Shown here in pieces: positions 11,450 to 26,957 of a stretch of 64,000 bases of DNA. The notes below the pieces were generated by a model. That model worked only from the letters and a program-made list of their open reading frames with translations, did not search any database and was not told where the DNA came from. Within the stretch, counting starts at the first letter, position 1. Every line of letters begins with the position of its first letter. The stretch lies in NCBI RefSeq assembly GCF_053078305.1, contig NZ_CP166879.1. One strand, given 5' to 3'. Made by a program: the position numbers and the translations under genes.

Positions 11450-12676
11450 ATGGGAATTAACGAAATCATCATGTACATCATGATGTTCTTTATGCTGATA
11501 GCTGCCGTAGACAGGATCCTGTCGCAGTTCGGCGGTTCTGCTCGTTTCCTCGGTAAGTTCGGTAAAAGTATCGAAGGATCAGGCGGTCAGTTCGAAGAAG
11601 GCTTTATGGCAATGGGCGCACTGGGCCTGGCGATGGTCGGTATGACCGCGCTGGCACCGGTACTGGCTCACGTACTCGGGCCGGTAATTATCCCGGTTTA
11701 CGAAATGCTCGGCGCAAACCCGTCAATGTTCGCCGGAACGCTGCTGGCGTGCGATATGGGCGGCTTCTTCCTCGCCAAAGAGCTGGCGGGCGGCGACGTA
11801 GCAGCGTGGCTATACTCAGGGTTAATTCTCGGGTCGATGATGGGGCCAACGATTGTGTTTTCCATTCCGGTGGCGCTCGGCATTATCGAACCTTCTGACC
11901 GTCGTTATCTGGCGCTCGGCGTGCTGGCGGGCATTGTGACCATTCCGATTGGCTGTATTGCTGGTGGTCTGGTAGCTATGTACTCCGGTGTTCAGATCAA
12001 CGGCCAGCCGGTGGAATTCACTTTCGCCCTGATCCTGATGAACATGATCCCGGTGATCATTGTTGCGATTCTGGTGGCGCTGGGGCTGAAATTCATCCCG
12101 GAAAAAATGATCAACGGCTTCCAGATCTTCGCCAAATTCCTCGTTGCATTGATCACCCTCGGTCTTGCCGCTGCGGTAGTGAAATTCCTGCTTGGCTGGG
12201 AACTGATCCCCGGTCTGGATCCTATCTTTATGGCCCCTGGCGATAAACCCGGTGAGGTGATGCGCGCCATTGAAGTTATCGGTTCTATCTCCTGCGTTCT
12301 GTTAGGGGCGTATCCGATGGTGCTGCTGCTGACCCGCTGGTTTGAAAAACCGCTGATGAGCGTCGGTAAGGTGCTGAATATGAACAACATCGCGGCAGCC
12401 GGCATGGTGGCAACGCTTGCCAACAACATCCCGATGTTCGGCATGATGAAGCAGATGGATACCCGCGGCAAAGTCATCAACTGCGCCTTCGCCGTTTCCG
12501 CTGCTTTCGCCCTGGGCGACCACTTAGGCTTCGCCGCTGCCAACATGAATGCCATGATCTTCCCGATGATTGTCGGCAAGTTGATCGGCGGCGTAACGGC
12601 GATTGGCGTGGCGATGATGCTGGTGCCAAAAGACGACGCGACCGCGGCTAAAACCGAAGCGGAGGCACAATCGTGA
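11450..12676 (+). CDS. eutH: EutH ethanolamine permease
   Basis: 408 aa polytopic membrane protein. Confidence 0.95.
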   Translation: MGINEIIMYIMMFFMLIAAVDRILSQFGGSARFLGKFGKSIEGSGGQFEEGFMAMGALGLAMVGMTALAPVLAHVLGPVIIPVYEMLGANPSMFAGTLLACDMGGFFLAKELAGGDVAAWLYSGLILGSMMGPTIVFSIPVALGIIEPSDRRYLALGVLAGIVTIPIGCIAGGLVAMYSGVQINGQPVEFTFALILMNMIPVIIVAILVALGLKFIPEKMINGFQIFAKFLVALITLGLAAAVVKFLLGWELIPGLDPIFMAPGDKPGEVMRAIEVIGSISCVLLGAYPMVLLLTRWFEKPLMSVGKVLNMNNIAAAGMVATLANNIPMFGMMKQMDTRGKVINCAFAVSAAFALGDHLGFAAANMNAMIFPMIVGKLIGGVTAIGVAMMLVPKDDATAAKTEAEAQS

Positions 12677-14076
12677 ACACTCGCCAGCTACTGAGCGTCG
12701 GTATCGATATCGGCACCACCACCACCCAGGTGATTTTCTCCCACCTGGAACTGGTTAACCGTGCGGCGGTGTCGCAGGTGCCGCGCTACGAATTCATCAA
12801 ACGCGAAATTAGCTGGCAAAGCCCGGTGTTCTTTACCCCTGTCGATAAACAGGGTGGTTTAAAAGAAGCGGAACTGAAATCGCTGATTTTAGAGCAATAT
12901 CAGGCTGCGGGCATTGCGCCGGAAAGCGTTGATTCTGGTGCCATCATCATCACCGGTGAAAGCGCGAAAACCCGCAATGCTCGCCCGGCGGTGATGGCGC
13001 TCTCTCAGTCGCTGGGCGATTTTGTCGTCGCCAGCGCCGGGCCGCACCTCGAATCCGTGATCGCCGGTCACGGTGCCGGGGCGCAAACCCTTTCTGAACA
13101 ACGGCTGTGTCGGGTACTGAATATCGACATCGGCGGTGGCACCGCGAACTACGCTCTGTTCGATGCCGGAAAAATCAGCGGCACTGCCTGCCTCAACGTC
13201 GGTGGTCGCCTGCTGGAAACCGACAGCCAGGGGCGCGTGGTTTACGCTCATAAACCGGGGCAGATGATTGTGGATGAGTGCTTCGGTGCAGGCACTGACG
13301 TCCGTTCGCTGACCGGCGCGCAGCTGGTGCAGGTTACCCGGCGGATGGCAGAGCTGATTGTCGAAGTGATTGACGGAACGCTTTCGCCGCTCGCGCAGGC
13401 ATTAATGCAAACCGGTTTGCTGCCCGCAGGTGTTACGCCCGAAATCATTACGCTTTCTGGCGGCGTGGGCGAATGTTATCGCCACCAGCCCGCCGACCCG
13501 TTCTGTTTTGCCGATATTGGCCCGCTTCTGGCAACGGCGCTGCATGACCATCCGCGCCTGCGTGAGATGAACGTGCAGTTTCCGGCGCAAACCGTACGCG
13601 CCACGGTGATTGGCGCGGGTGCACATACCCTTTCGCTCTCTGGCAGCACAATCTGGCTGGAGGGCGTACAACTGCCGCTGCGCAATTTGCCGGTGGCGAT
13701 CCCGATTGATGAAACGGATCTGGTGAGTGCCTGGCAACAGGCGCTGCTTCAGCTGGATCTTGATCCTAAAACTGACGCGTACGTGCTGGCGCTTCCCGCC
13801 TCGCTGCCTGTGCGTTACGCCGCGGTACTGACGGTCATCAACGCGCTGGTCGATTTCGTCGCGCGTTTTCCGAATCCGCATCCCCTGCTGGTGGTGGCCG
13901 GGCAGGACTTTGGTAAAGCTCTGGGCATGTTGTTGCGCCCACAGCTACAACAACTCCCGTTGGCAGTCATTGACGAAGTGATTGTCCGCGCGGGGGACTA
14001 TATCGACATTGGTACGCCTCTTTTTGGCGGATCGGTTGTGCCGGTGACGGTGAAATCACTCGCATTTCCTTCCTGA
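12673..14076 (+). CDS. eutA: EutA ethanolamine ammonia-lyase reactivase
   Basis: 467 aa; GTG start overlapping eutH stop. Confidence 0.93.
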   Translation: MNTRQLLSVGIDIGTTTTQVIFSHLELVNRAAVSQVPRYEFIKREISWQSPVFFTPVDKQGGLKEAELKSLILEQYQAAGIAPESVDSGAIIITGESAKTRNARPAVMALSQSLGDFVVASAGPHLESVIAGHGAGAQTLSEQRLCRVLNIDIGGGTANYALFDAGKISGTACLNVGGRLLETDSQGRVVYAHKPGQMIVDECFGAGTDVRSLTGAQLVQVTRRMAELIVEVIDGTLSPLAQALMQTGLLPAGVTPEIITLSGGVGECYRHQPADPFCFADIGPLLATALHDHPRLREMNVQFPAQTVRATVIGAGAHTLSLSGSTIWLEGVQLPLRNLPVAIPIDETDLVSAWQQALLQLDLDPKTDAYVLALPASLPVRYAAVLTVINALVDFVARFPNPHPLLVVAGQDFGKALGMLLRPQLQQLPLAVIDEVIVRAGDYIDIGTPLFGGSVVPVTVKSLAFPS

Positions 14077-14087
14077 GGGAACGACTT

Positions 14088-15449
14088 ATGAAACTAAAGA
14101 CCACATTGTTCGGCAATGTATATCAGTTTAAGGATGTAAAAGAGGTGCTGGCTAAAGCCAACGAACTGCGTTCGGGGGATGTGCTGGCGGGCGTCGCAGC
14201 GGCAAGCTCACAGGAGCGCGTGGCAGCAAAGCAGGTGTTGTCGGAAATGACCGTAGCGGACATCCGCAATAATCCGGTGATTGCCTATGAAGATGACTGC
14301 GTTACGCGGTTGATTCAGGACGACGTTAACGAAACGGCCTATAACCAGATTAAAAACTGGAGCATCAGCGAACTGCGTGAGTATGTGCTGAGCGACGAAA
14401 CCAGCGTGGACGACATTGCCTTTACCCGCAAAGGGCTGACTTCGGAAGTGGTTGCGGCGGTAGCGAAGATTTGCTCCAACGCGGACCTGATCTACGGCGC
14501 GAAGAAAATGCCGGTGATCAAAAAGGCCAATACCACTATCGGTATTCCGGGCACCTTCAGCGCCCGTTTGCAACCGAACGATACCCGTGACGACGTGCAA
14601 AGTATCGCCGCGCAAATCTACGAAGGGCTTTCCTTCGGGGTGGGCGATGCGGTGATCGGCGTCAACCCGGTAACTGACGACGTGGAAAACTTAAGCCGCG
14701 TGCTGGACACCATCTATGGCGTGATCGACAAATTCAACATCCCAACTCAGGGCTGCGTACTGGCGCACGTCACCACCCAGATCGAAGCGATTCGTCGCGG
14801 CGCGCCTGGCGGACTGATTTTCCAGAGTATCTGTGGCAGCGAAAAAGGGCTGAAAGAGTTTGGCGTGGAACTGGCGATGCTCGACGAAGCGCGCGCAGTG
14901 GGCGCAGAGTTCAACCGTATCGCCGGGGAAAACTGCCTCTACTTCGAAACCGGACAAGGCTCAGCGCTATCCGCTGGCGCTAACTTCGGCGCAGACCAGG
15001 TGACGATGGAAGCACGTAACTATGGGCTGGCGCGTCATTACGATCCGTTTATCGTCAACACCGTGGTCGGCTTTATTGGGCCGGAGTATCTCTACAACGA
15101 CCGCCAGATTATCCGTGCGGGCTTAGAAGATCACTTTATGGGCAAGCTGAGCGGCATCTCTATGGGCTGTGACTGCTGTTACACCAACCACGCTGACGCT
15201 GACCAGAACCTCAACGAAAACCTGATGATCCTGCTCGCCACCGCAGGCTGCAACTACATCATGGGGATGCCGCTGGGTGATGACATCATGCTCAACTACC
15301 AGACCACCGCATTCCACGATACCGCCACTGTGCGTCAGTTACTCAACCTGCGCCCGTCACCGGAGTTTGAACGCTGGCTGGAAAGCATGGGCATTATGGC
15401 AAACGGTCGCCTGACCAAACGGGCGGGCGATCCGTCACTGTTCTTCTGA
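14088..15449 (+). CDS. eutB: ethanolamine ammonia-lyase large subunit
   Basis: 453 aa MKLKTTLFGNVYQFKDVKEVLAKANE; starts 11 nt after eutA stop. Confidence 0.97.
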   Translation: MKLKTTLFGNVYQFKDVKEVLAKANELRSGDVLAGVAAASSQERVAAKQVLSEMTVADIRNNPVIAYEDDCVTRLIQDDVNETAYNQIKNWSISELREYVLSDETSVDDIAFTRKGLTSEVVAAVAKICSNADLIYGAKKMPVIKKANTTIGIPGTFSARLQPNDTRDDVQSIAAQIYEGLSFGVGDAVIGVNPVTDDVENLSRVLDTIYGVIDKFNIPTQGCVLAHVTTQIEAIRRGAPGGLIFQSICGSEKGLKEFGVELAMLDEARAVGAEFNRIAGENCLYFETGQGSALSAGANFGADQVTMEARNYGLARHYDPFIVNTVVGFIGPEYLYNDRQIIRAGLEDHFMGKLSGISMGCDCCYTNHADADQNLNENLMILLATAGCNYIMGMPLGDDIMLNYQTTAFHDTATVRQLLNLRPSPEFERWLESMGIMANGRLTKRAGDPSLFF

Positions 15450-15469
15450 TGACGCGGAGATAACACATC

Positions 15470-16357
15470 ATGGATCAAAAACAGATTGAAGAAATTGTAC
15501 GCAGCGTGATGGCGTCAATGGGACAAGTGGCCCCCGCGCCGTCAGAAGCAAAGTGCGCCACCACCAACTGTGCGGCACCGGTGACCTCGGAAAGCTGCGC
15601 GCTGGATTTAGGTTCTGCGGAAGCAAAAGCGTGGATTGGTGTTGAAAACCCACATCGCGCAGACGTATTAACAGAACTGCGCCGCAGCACCGTGGCCCGC
15701 GTTTGTACCGGTCGTGCCGGTCCGCGTCCGCGTACCCAGGCGCTGCTGCGTTTCCTGGCCGATCACTCTCGTTCGAAAGATACCGTACTTAAAGAAGTGC
15801 CGGAAGAGTGGGTGAAAGCGCAGGGCTTGCTGGAAGTACGCTCTGAAATTAGCGACAAAAATCTCTACCTGACTCGCCCGGATATGGGCCGCCGCCTGTG
15901 TGCAGAAGCTGTTGAAGCGCTGAAAGCGCAGTGTGTTGCCAATCCGGACGTGCAGGTCGTTATTTCTGATGGCCTGTCAACTGATGCGATCACCGTGAAC
16001 TACGAAGAGATCCTGCCACCGCTGATGGCGGGCCTGAAACAGGCCGGGCTGAAAGTCGGTACACCATTCTTTGTTCGTTATGGTCGCGTGAAGATTGAAG
16101 ATCAGATCGGTGAGATCCTCGGCGCGAAAGTGGTGATCCTGCTGGTGGGCGAACGTCCGGGGTTGGGTCAGTCAGAAAGCCTCTCCTGCTACGCCGTTTA
16201 CTCGCCACGTATGGCGACCACCGTTGAGGCCGATCGCACCTGTATCTCTAACATTCACCAGGGCGGCACGCCGCCGGTTGAAGCCGCAGCCGTCATTGTG
16301 GATTTGGCGAAACGTATGCTGGAGCAGAAAGCATCCGGCATCAACATGACCCGATAA
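15470..16357 (+). CDS. eutC: ethanolamine ammonia-lyase small subunit
   Basis: 295 aa. Confidence 0.97.
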   Translation: MDQKQIEEIVRSVMASMGQVAPAPSEAKCATTNCAAPVTSESCALDLGSAEAKAWIGVENPHRADVLTELRRSTVARVCTGRAGPRPRTQALLRFLADHSRSKDTVLKEVPEEWVKAQGLLEVRSEISDKNLYLTRPDMGRRLCAEAVEALKAQCVANPDVQVVISDGLSTDAITVNYEEILPPLMAGLKQAGLKVGTPFFVRYGRVKIEDQIGEILGAKVVILLVGERPGLGQSESLSCYAVYSPRMATTVEADRTCISNIHQGGTPPVEAAAVIVDLAKRMLEQKASGINMTR

Positions 16358-16366
16358 GGAGGCATC

Positions 16367-17026
16367 ATGCCAGCTTTAGATTTGATTCGACCGTCTGTCA
16401 CCGCTATGCGGGTGATTGCCTCCGTTAACGCCGATTTTGCGCGTGAACTGAAATTGCCGCCGCATATTCGTAGCCTCGGTCTGATTTCTGCCGATTCTGA
16501 CGACGTAACCTACATTGCGGCTGACGAAGCGACCAAGCAGGCGATGGTGGAAGTGGTGTATGGCCGCTCGCTGTATGCGGGCGCTGCACACGGCCCGTCA
16601 CCGACTGCCGGTGAAGTGCTGATTATGCTTGGTGGGCCAAACCCGGCGGAAGTGCGTGCCGGTCTGGATGCGATGGTTGCGCATATTGAAAATGGCGCAG
16701 CTTTCCAGTGGGCTAATGACGCGCAAGATACGGCATTCCTGGCACATGTAGTTTCGCGTACCGGTTCTTATCTCTCATCAACCGCCGGGATCACGCTTGG
16801 CGATCCGATGGCGTATCTGGTGGCACCGCCGCTGGAAGCGACCTATGGCATTGATGCAGCCCTGAAGTCTGCCGACGTACAGCTGGTGACCTATGTCCCG
16901 CCACCGTCTGAAACCAACTACTCGGCAGCATTTTTAACCGGTAGCCAGGCCGCGTGTAAAGCAGCCTGTAACGCCTTTACCGATGCAGTGCTGGAAATCG
17001 CGCGTAATCCAATCCAGCGTGCGTAA
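16367..17026 (+). CDS. eutL: microcompartment shell protein EutL (tandem BMC domains)
   Basis: 219 aa. Confidence 0.95.
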   Translation: MPALDLIRPSVTAMRVIASVNADFARELKLPPHIRSLGLISADSDDVTYIAADEATKQAMVEVVYGRSLYAGAAHGPSPTAGEVLIMLGGPNPAEVRAGLDAMVAHIENGAAFQWANDAQDTAFLAHVVSRTGSYLSSTAGITLGDPMAYLVAPPLEATYGIDAALKSADVQLVTYVPPPSETNYSAAFLTGSQAACKAACNAFTDAVLEIARNPIQRA

Positions 17027-17038
17027 TGGAGGTTGCCG

Positions 17039-17539
17039 ATGATCAATGCACTGGGATTGCTGGAAGTGGACGGCATGGTCGCTGCGATAGATGCAGCGGA
17101 TGCCATGCTCAAAGCAGCTAACGTTCGTCTGCTCAGTCACGAAGTGCTTGACCCTGGTCGCTTAACGCTGGTGGTGGAAGGCGATCTGGCGGCGTGTCGT
17201 GCTGCGCTGGACGCAGGTTGTGCTGCCGCGATGCGTACCGGGCGTGTCATCAGCCGTAAGGAGATCGGTCGGCCAGACGATGACACCCAGTGGCTGGTTA
17301 CTGGCTTTAACCGCCAGCCGAAGCAACCCGTAAAGGAACCCGACGCGCCAGTTATCGTCGCGGAATCTGCTGACGAGTTGTTGGCGCTGTTAACATCAGT
17401 ACGTCAGGGAATGACGGCAGGAGAAGTGGCTGCCCACTTTGGCTGGCCGCTGGAAAAAGCCAGAAATGCGCTCGAACAGCTCTTTTCTGCCGGGACGTTA
17501 CGTAAACGCAGTAGTCGTTATCGTCTCAAGCCCCATTAA
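17039..17539 (+). CDS. eutK: microcompartment shell protein EutK (BMC domain with C-terminal helix-turn-helix-like extension)
   Basis: ORF track begins at TTG 17033; ATG at 17039 follows GGAGG at proper spacing, giving 166 aa. Confidence 0.9.
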   Translation: MINALGLLEVDGMVAAIDAADAMLKAANVRLLSHEVLDPGRLTLVVEGDLAACRAALDAGCAAAMRTGRVISRKEIGRPDDDTQWLVTGFNRQPKQPVKEPDAPVIVAESADELLALLTSVRQGMTAGEVAAHFGWPLEKARNALEQLFSAGTLRKRSSRYRLKPH

Positions 17540-17550
17540 CCTGTCGGAGG

Positions 17551-17577
17551 TGCCGGGTGTCCTACAACACCCGGCAT
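17551..17577 (+). promoter_or_regulatory. hairpin TGCCGGGTG-N8-CACCCGGCA immediately upstream of eutR start codon
   Basis: 9-bp perfect stem read from sequence; no obvious Shine-Dalgarno between it and the eutR ATG. Confidence 0.35.
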
Positions 17578-17584
17578 TAACATC

Positions 17585-19544
<1,960 letters not shown>

Positions 19545-20414
19545 TTATCGCTTTTTCGAATGTGCTTTCTGGTTGTCGAACCAGTGGAAATAACTGATCA
19601 CGCCTTCAGCAATCGCTGTGGCGATTTTCTGACGAAACGCCGCCGTGCCTAACAGCCGCTCTTCTTCCGGGTTGGTGATAAACGAGGTTTCCACCAGCAC
19701 CGAAGGAACCGACGGCGATTTCAACACCACAAACGCGGCTTGTTCGGTGTTGCGGCTGTGCAGTTTATGCACCGGCTTAATCTTTTTCAGAATATGCGAG
19801 CCAAGCGTCAGGCTGTTTTTAATAGTATCGGTTTGCACCAGATCAAACAGCACTTGCTGCAATAGGTGATCCTTGTCAGTCGCCTTTTTACCGGCAACTT
19901 CATCGGCGCGGTTTTCGCGTTCAGACAGGTATTTCGCCATTGCGCTACTTGCCCCACGGTTAGAGAGGGCAAATACCGAAGCACCGGCAGCTTTCGGGTT
20001 GGTAAAGCCATCGGCATGAATTGACATAAACAGATCTGCGCCATGTTTATGGGCGATTTCAACGCGATCGTAAAGTGGGATAAACGTATCGCCAGAACGC
20101 GTTAAACGCGCATCAATCCCATGATTACGCAAAATGGAACGGACGTTTTTAGCAATCGCCAGCACCACATGTTTTTCTTTCGAACCGTTGCGCCCGATCG
20201 CTCCGGTATCAATCCCGCCGTGGCCTGGATCGAGAACAACGACACGTTTGCCGCCAGATTTTTTAGCTTTCGGCTTGCTGTGTCCATTGCTGGTTTTTAA
20301 AGGTTCGTCTTTGGCGATGGCTTGCGACATTCCTGACAACGTCAGGGCAGCCAAACCGGCTTTCAGCACCTGGCGGCGCGAAGTGAGTGTTTTTAGTGGT
20401 TTAAAAGTGCTCAT
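19545..20414 (-). CDS. amiA: N-acetylmuramoyl-L-alanine amidase AmiA
   Basis: 289 aa; twin-arginine signal (SRRQVLK); amidase_3 domain; 3 nt upstream of hemF. Confidence 0.97.
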   Translation of the reverse strand: MSTFKPLKTLTSRRQVLKAGLAALTLSGMSQAIAKDEPLKTSNGHSKPKAKKSGGKRVVVLDPGHGGIDTGAIGRNGSKEKHVVLAIAKNVRSILRNHGIDARLTRSGDTFIPLYDRVEIAHKHGADLFMSIHADGFTNPKAAGASVFALSNRGASSAMAKYLSERENRADEVAGKKATDKDHLLQQVLFDLVQTDTIKNSLTLGSHILKKIKPVHKLHSRNTEQAAFVVLKSPSVPSVLVETSFITNPEEERLLGTAAFRQKIATAIAEGVISYFHWFDNQKAHSKKR

Positions 20415-20627
20415 ACGGCCTGAGTTGTAATAATAAAGTTCCAGATGTTATATCGTATCGCGTAATCCGTTACGACCGTTTGCTGTTGAGAATTGTTTTA
20501 CTTTTCATTTCAATAGTTGACAACTCCCCATTATGCCACTTTTTCAACCGATTTTCGTCAGATATTGGCTAATTCGACCGTTCACGCCATAATCAGCCTT
20601 TTAACCCGCAAAAAGGTAACGAATACC

Positions 20628-21053
20628 ATGGAGATACGCGTATTTCGCCAGGAAGATTTCGAAGAGGTCATCACCCTTTGGGAGCGTTGCGACTTGCTGC
20701 GTCCGTGGAACGATCCGGAAATGGACATCGAGCGTAAGATGAACCATGACGTCAGTTTGTTTCTGGTCGCTGAGGTAAACGGTGAAGTGGTCGGAACGGT
20801 GATGGGCGGTTATGACGGGCATCGCGGGTCTGCTTATTATCTTGGCGTGCATCCAGAGTTTCGTGGGCGTGGAATTGCCAATGCGTTGCTTAACCGGCTG
20901 GAGAAAAAGCTGATTGCTCGCGGCTGCCCGAAAATTCAGATCAACGTGCCGGAAGATAACGACATGGTGCTCGGAATGTATGAACGCCTGGGATATGAAC
21001 ACGCCGACGTGCTGAGTCTGGGTAAGCGTTTGATTGAAGATGAAGAGTACTGA
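20628..21053 (+). CDS. ypeA: GNAT-family N-acetyltransferase
   Basis: In frame of ORF 20517..21053; start at ATG 20628 ([14 protein letters not shown]...), 141 aa. Confidence 0.9.
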
Positions 21054-21489
21054 GTTTCATCCTGTCCATTATGATGCGCACGGTCGCCTGCGTTTACCCT
21101 TGCTCTTCTGGCTTGTGCTATTGCTTCAGGCGCGAACCTGGGTGCTGTTTGTCATTGCCGGTGCGTCGCGCGAGCAGGGTACTGCGCTGCTAAATCTGTT
21201 TTATCCCGATCACGATAATTTCTGGCTGGGGCTGATTCCTGGCATTCCGGCGGTGCTGGCGTTTTTGCTGAGTGGTCGGCGGGCTACGTTTCCTCGCACC
21301 TGGCGTGTACTCTATTTTCTGTTGCTGTTGGCGCAGGTGGTTTTACTTTGCTGGCAACCGTGGCTGTGGCTGAACGGTGAATCCGTTAGCGGTATCGGTC
21401 TGGCGCTGGTAGTGGCGGATATTGTGGCGTTAATCTGGCTGCTGACCAATCGACGTTTACGCGCTTGTTTTAATGAAGAAAAAGAATAA
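21040..21489 (+). CDS. yfeZ: inner membrane protein YfeZ
   Basis: 149 aa hydrophobic protein; overlaps ypeA 3' end; alternative start at 21034. Confidence 0.85.
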
Positions 21490-21511
21490 CGCAGAGGTGC
21501 GCTTTGTTTAT

Positions 21512-21608
21512 GCCGGATGCGGCGTGAACGCCTTATCCGGCCTACAAAATTTCGCAAATTCAATATATTGCAGGAAAAAGTAGGCCTGATAAGCGTAGCG
21601 CATCAGGC
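21512..21608. repeat. REP pair (BIME) downstream of yfeZ
   Basis: GCCGGATGCGGCGTGAACGCCTTATCCGGCCTAC (21512-21545) and inverted GTAGGCCTGATAAGCGTAGCGCATCAGGC (21580-21608). Confidence 0.85.
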
Positions 21609-21695
21609 AATTTTGTGTTTGTCATCAGCCTCTGGCGGCACTTTTTTGCAAATTAGCACTCCAAGCAACGTTATTGAATAACCAAAGGAAGTGAC

Positions 21696-22271
21696 ATGAA
21701 ATCGCTGCGTTTAATGTTATGCGCTATGCCATTGATGCTGACCGGCTGTTCCACGATGTCGTCAGTTAACTGGTCTGCCGCTAACCCGTGGAACTGGTTT
21801 GGGTCGTCCACCAAAGTGAGCGAGCAGGGAGTTGGTGAATTAACGGCGTCCACACCACTGCAAGAACAAGCCATTGCCGATGCGCTTGATGGCGATTATC
21901 GCCTGCGAAGCGGAATGAAAACCGCGAACGGCAACGTGGTGCGCTTTTTTGAAGTGATGAAGGGCGACAACGTGGCGATGGTGATTAACGGCGATCAAGG
22001 CACGATCAGTCGCATTGACGTGCTGGATAGCGATATTCCTGCTGACACCGGTGTTAAAATCGGTACACCGTTTAGCGACCTTTACAGCAAAGCATTTGGC
22101 AATTGCCAAAAAGCTGATGGTGATGATAATCGTGCCGTCGAATGTAAAGCCGAAGGCAGTCAACATATTAGCTACCAGTTCAGCGGGGAATGGAGTGGTC
22201 CTGAAGGGTTAATGCCTTCGGACGATACCCTGAAAAACTGGAAAGTCAGTAAAATTATCTGGCGGCGTTAA
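21696..22271 (+). CDS. yfeY: lipoprotein YfeY
   Basis: 191 aa; signal peptide with lipobox LTGC. Confidence 0.9.
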   Translation: MKSLRLMLCAMPLMLTGCSTMSSVNWSAANPWNWFGSSTKVSEQGVGELTASTPLQEQAIADALDGDYRLRSGMKTANGNVVRFFEVMKGDNVAMVINGDQGTISRIDVLDSDIPADTGVKIGTPFSDLYSKAFGNCQKADGDDNRAVECKAEGSQHISYQFSGEWSGPEGLMPSDDTLKNWKVSKIIWRR

Positions 22272-22282
22272 TTTGCGTCTGA

Positions 22283-23266
<984 letters not shown>

Positions 23267-23286
23267 GCGTTTCTGATTCGATGATG

Positions 23287-23320
23287 AAAGGCCAGGCAGT
23301 ATCACAACTGACTGGCCTTT
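23287..23320. terminator. bidirectional intrinsic terminator between convergent yfeX and yfeW
   Basis: AAAGGCCAGGCAGT-loop-ACTGACTGGCCTTT with flanking A/T runs. Confidence 0.7.
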
Positions 23321-23323
23321 TTA

Positions 23324-24628
23324 TTACTTCTGCTTTAACGCCGCATACACTTGATCAACCACCCAACCATAAGTTGCAATCGGCAACTGACCGCTTTCAA
23401 ACATATTGGGATTTTTTTGTGGATCGGCTACTGGCGAATGGGGCTTGTTGCTTAACATCACAATCGCCATGTGATTCACCGGATCGATAACGGTTACCGT
23501 CCCGGTCCAGCCCGTGTGACCGTAGGTTTGCGGGCTTGCCAGCGTGCCAAACGTCGGTGTCATGGTGGCATTACCATTCACGCGCCAGCCGAGGCCAAAA
23601 GTGGCGTCTTCCTTAGAGCTGGTGGTGAACATCTTCACCGTTTCCGCACTGAACAGCTGCACATCGCCATAGCCCCCGCCGTTCAGCATCGTTTGCATTA
23701 ACACCGCAATATCGCCGGTATTGGAAAACAAACCTGCGTGACCGGAAACGCCGCCCATCGAATAAAAGGCTTTTTCATCGTGCACCTGACCCCAGAGAGT
23801 GGAGGTGCGGATATTCGGGAAGTGGATCACTCCATCGCGGGTATTGCCGTTCAATTCCGTGGCGGCAATTTGTTGCGGTTTAAAGCCTTTCAGCAGCGGG
23901 TTAAATACCGTATGTGTCAGGCCGAGCGGGCGATAAATCGACTCTTCAACATAGCGGTCAAGCGGCTGACCGGTGACCGACTCGACGATAAATCCAAGCA
24001 GCATATAATCGACATCACTGTAAATATGCTTGCTGCCGGGCTGATACTCTAGCGGCGTGCGCTTGATCATCTCCAGCGTCTGGCCTTTATCCTGGGAATA
24101 TAACGCGCCCGCGACCGCTTTATTCGGATATTGTGGGTCCGCCGGGAAACCGCCGCTGTGATGCAGCAGGTCAGAAATCCGCAGCGTGTTTTTGCCTTTG
24201 ATGGTGTCATTTGGACTATCGGCAAATCCCGGAATATATTTCGCAATCCGATCGTCAGGATGCAGCTTGCCTTCGCTCATTAGCTTTTGCAGAGCAAAGT
24301 TAGTGGCGTACATCTTGGTATTGGAAGCCAGGTCATACAGCGTCCCGGTGGTGGCTTTGACAGGCTGTTCCATCAATACGCTGCCATCGTACTTTTTCGC
24401 CGCTCCCCAGGCTTTGCGATACACAATCTGATTATCTTTTATAATCAGCAGGTTTACGCCGGGATAACCGGCGTCCACTTGCTGGCTAATCCAGCGATCC
24501 ATCTGGTTAAGCCGTTCGACGTTGAACCCTGCTTTCTCTGGCGAACTTTCTGTCAGAACAGGGTATTTTGCGGCGCTGACGCTATAGCTGACAGCCAGCA
24601 GAGAAAGATAGAGCATTGTCCGTTTCAT
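23324..24628 (-). CDS. yfeW: penicillin-binding protein 4B / serine beta-lactamase-fold DD-peptidase
   Basis: In frame of ORF 23324..24715; start at ATG 24628 (MKRTMLYLSLLAV signal peptide), 434 aa. Confidence 0.9.
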   Translation of the reverse strand: MKRTMLYLSLLAVSYSVSAAKYPVLTESSPEKAGFNVERLNQMDRWISQQVDAGYPGVNLLIIKDNQIVYRKAWGAAKKYDGSVLMEQPVKATTGTLYDLASNTKMYATNFALQKLMSEGKLHPDDRIAKYIPGFADSPNDTIKGKNTLRISDLLHHSGGFPADPQYPNKAVAGALYSQDKGQTLEMIKRTPLEYQPGSKHIYSDVDYMLLGFIVESVTGQPLDRYVEESIYRPLGLTHTVFNPLLKGFKPQQIAATELNGNTRDGVIHFPNIRTSTLWGQVHDEKAFYSMGGVSGHAGLFSNTGDIAVLMQTMLNGGGYGDVQLFSAETVKMFTTSSKEDATFGLGWRVNGNATMTPTFGTLASPQTYGHTGWTGTVTVIDPVNHMAIVMLSNKPHSPVADPQKNPNMFESGQLPIATYGWVVDQVYAALKQK

Positions 24629-24632
24629 AATA

Positions 24633-26057
<1,425 letters not shown>

Positions 26058-26060
26058 GGG

Positions 26061-26957
26061 TTATTCCTTGTCTAAAACCTGACGAATAAAGCCGCCGTGT
26101 TGATCCAGGCGTTTTTTAGCTTCTGCGGCATCGAGATTTTTCAGCACCATCACAATGGCCGTTTTACAGTTGCGCTCGCAGGCAATTAACGCTGCTTCCG
26201 CTTGTTCGGCATTACATCCGGTGGCGTTTTTAACGATATTGACCTGGCGTACATGCAGTTTTTCGTTGGTGGCGACCACATCGACCATCAGGTTGCCGAA
26301 CACTTTGCCGGATTTAATCATCAGCCCGGTGGAGAGCATATTGAGCACCAGTTTCTGCGCTGTACCTGCTTTCATTCGCGAAGAACCAGTGACCACTTCG
26401 GCACCTACAATCGGTGTAATGGCAAACTCGGCGGTGGTTGAAACGGCACTCCCCGGATTACAGGAAATTCCCACTGTGCGGCAGCCGAGCTGGCGTGCGT
26501 ATTCCAGTCCGGCAATTACATACGGCGTGCGACCACTGGCCGCAATGCCAACCACCACATCCTGCGCGGTTAAGCCGATGTTTTTCAGATCATTAACACC
26601 GCCTTCCCGGCTATCTTCAGCGCCTTCCACCGCGTGCTGAATGGCATATTCGCCGCCAGCAATTAATCCAACCACCAAACCCGGTTTCACGCCGTAGGTG
26701 GGCGGACATTCGCTGGCATCCAGAATCCCCAGACGACCGGATGTTCCCGCACCGAGATAAATCAGACGACCGCCGCCGCTTACCTGGGCGTGGATAACAT
26801 CGATCGCCGCGGCGATATCCGGCAGTACGCGCTCAACGGCAAGCGGTACGGTTTTATCTTCATCGTTGATAATCCGGCACATTTCCAGCGTTGATACGCG
26901 GTCAATTTCAGCCGAGGCGGCGTTCGAGCCTTCGGTAATCATCTTTTCAAGTTGCAT
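26061..26957 (-). CDS. murQ: N-acetylmuramic acid 6-phosphate etherase
   Basis: 298 aa SIS-domain protein. Confidence 0.95.
   Translation of the reverse strand: MQLEKMITEGSNAASAEIDRVSTLEMCRIINDEDKTVPLAVERVLPDIAAAIDVIHAQVSGGGRLIYLGAGTSGRLGILDASECPPTYGVKPGLVVGLIAGGEYAIQHAVEGAEDSREGGVNDLKNIGLTAQDVVVGIAASGRTPYVIAGLEYARQLGCRTVGISCNPGSAVSTTAEFAITPIVGAEVVTGSSRMKAGTAQKLVLNMLSTGLMIKSGKVFGNLMVDVVATNEKLHVRQVNIVKNATGCNAEQAEAALIACERNCKTAIVMVLKNLDAAEAKKRLDQHGGFIRQVLDKE

Noticed and set aside
20415-20627. Possible small RNA or leader peptide in the amiA-ypeA divergent region (ORF track extends ypeA to 20517)
   Set aside because: The upstream extension has no ribosome-binding site and the canonical ypeA start at 20628 fits the GNAT domain boundary; no terminator-flanked sRNA-like unit is evident.
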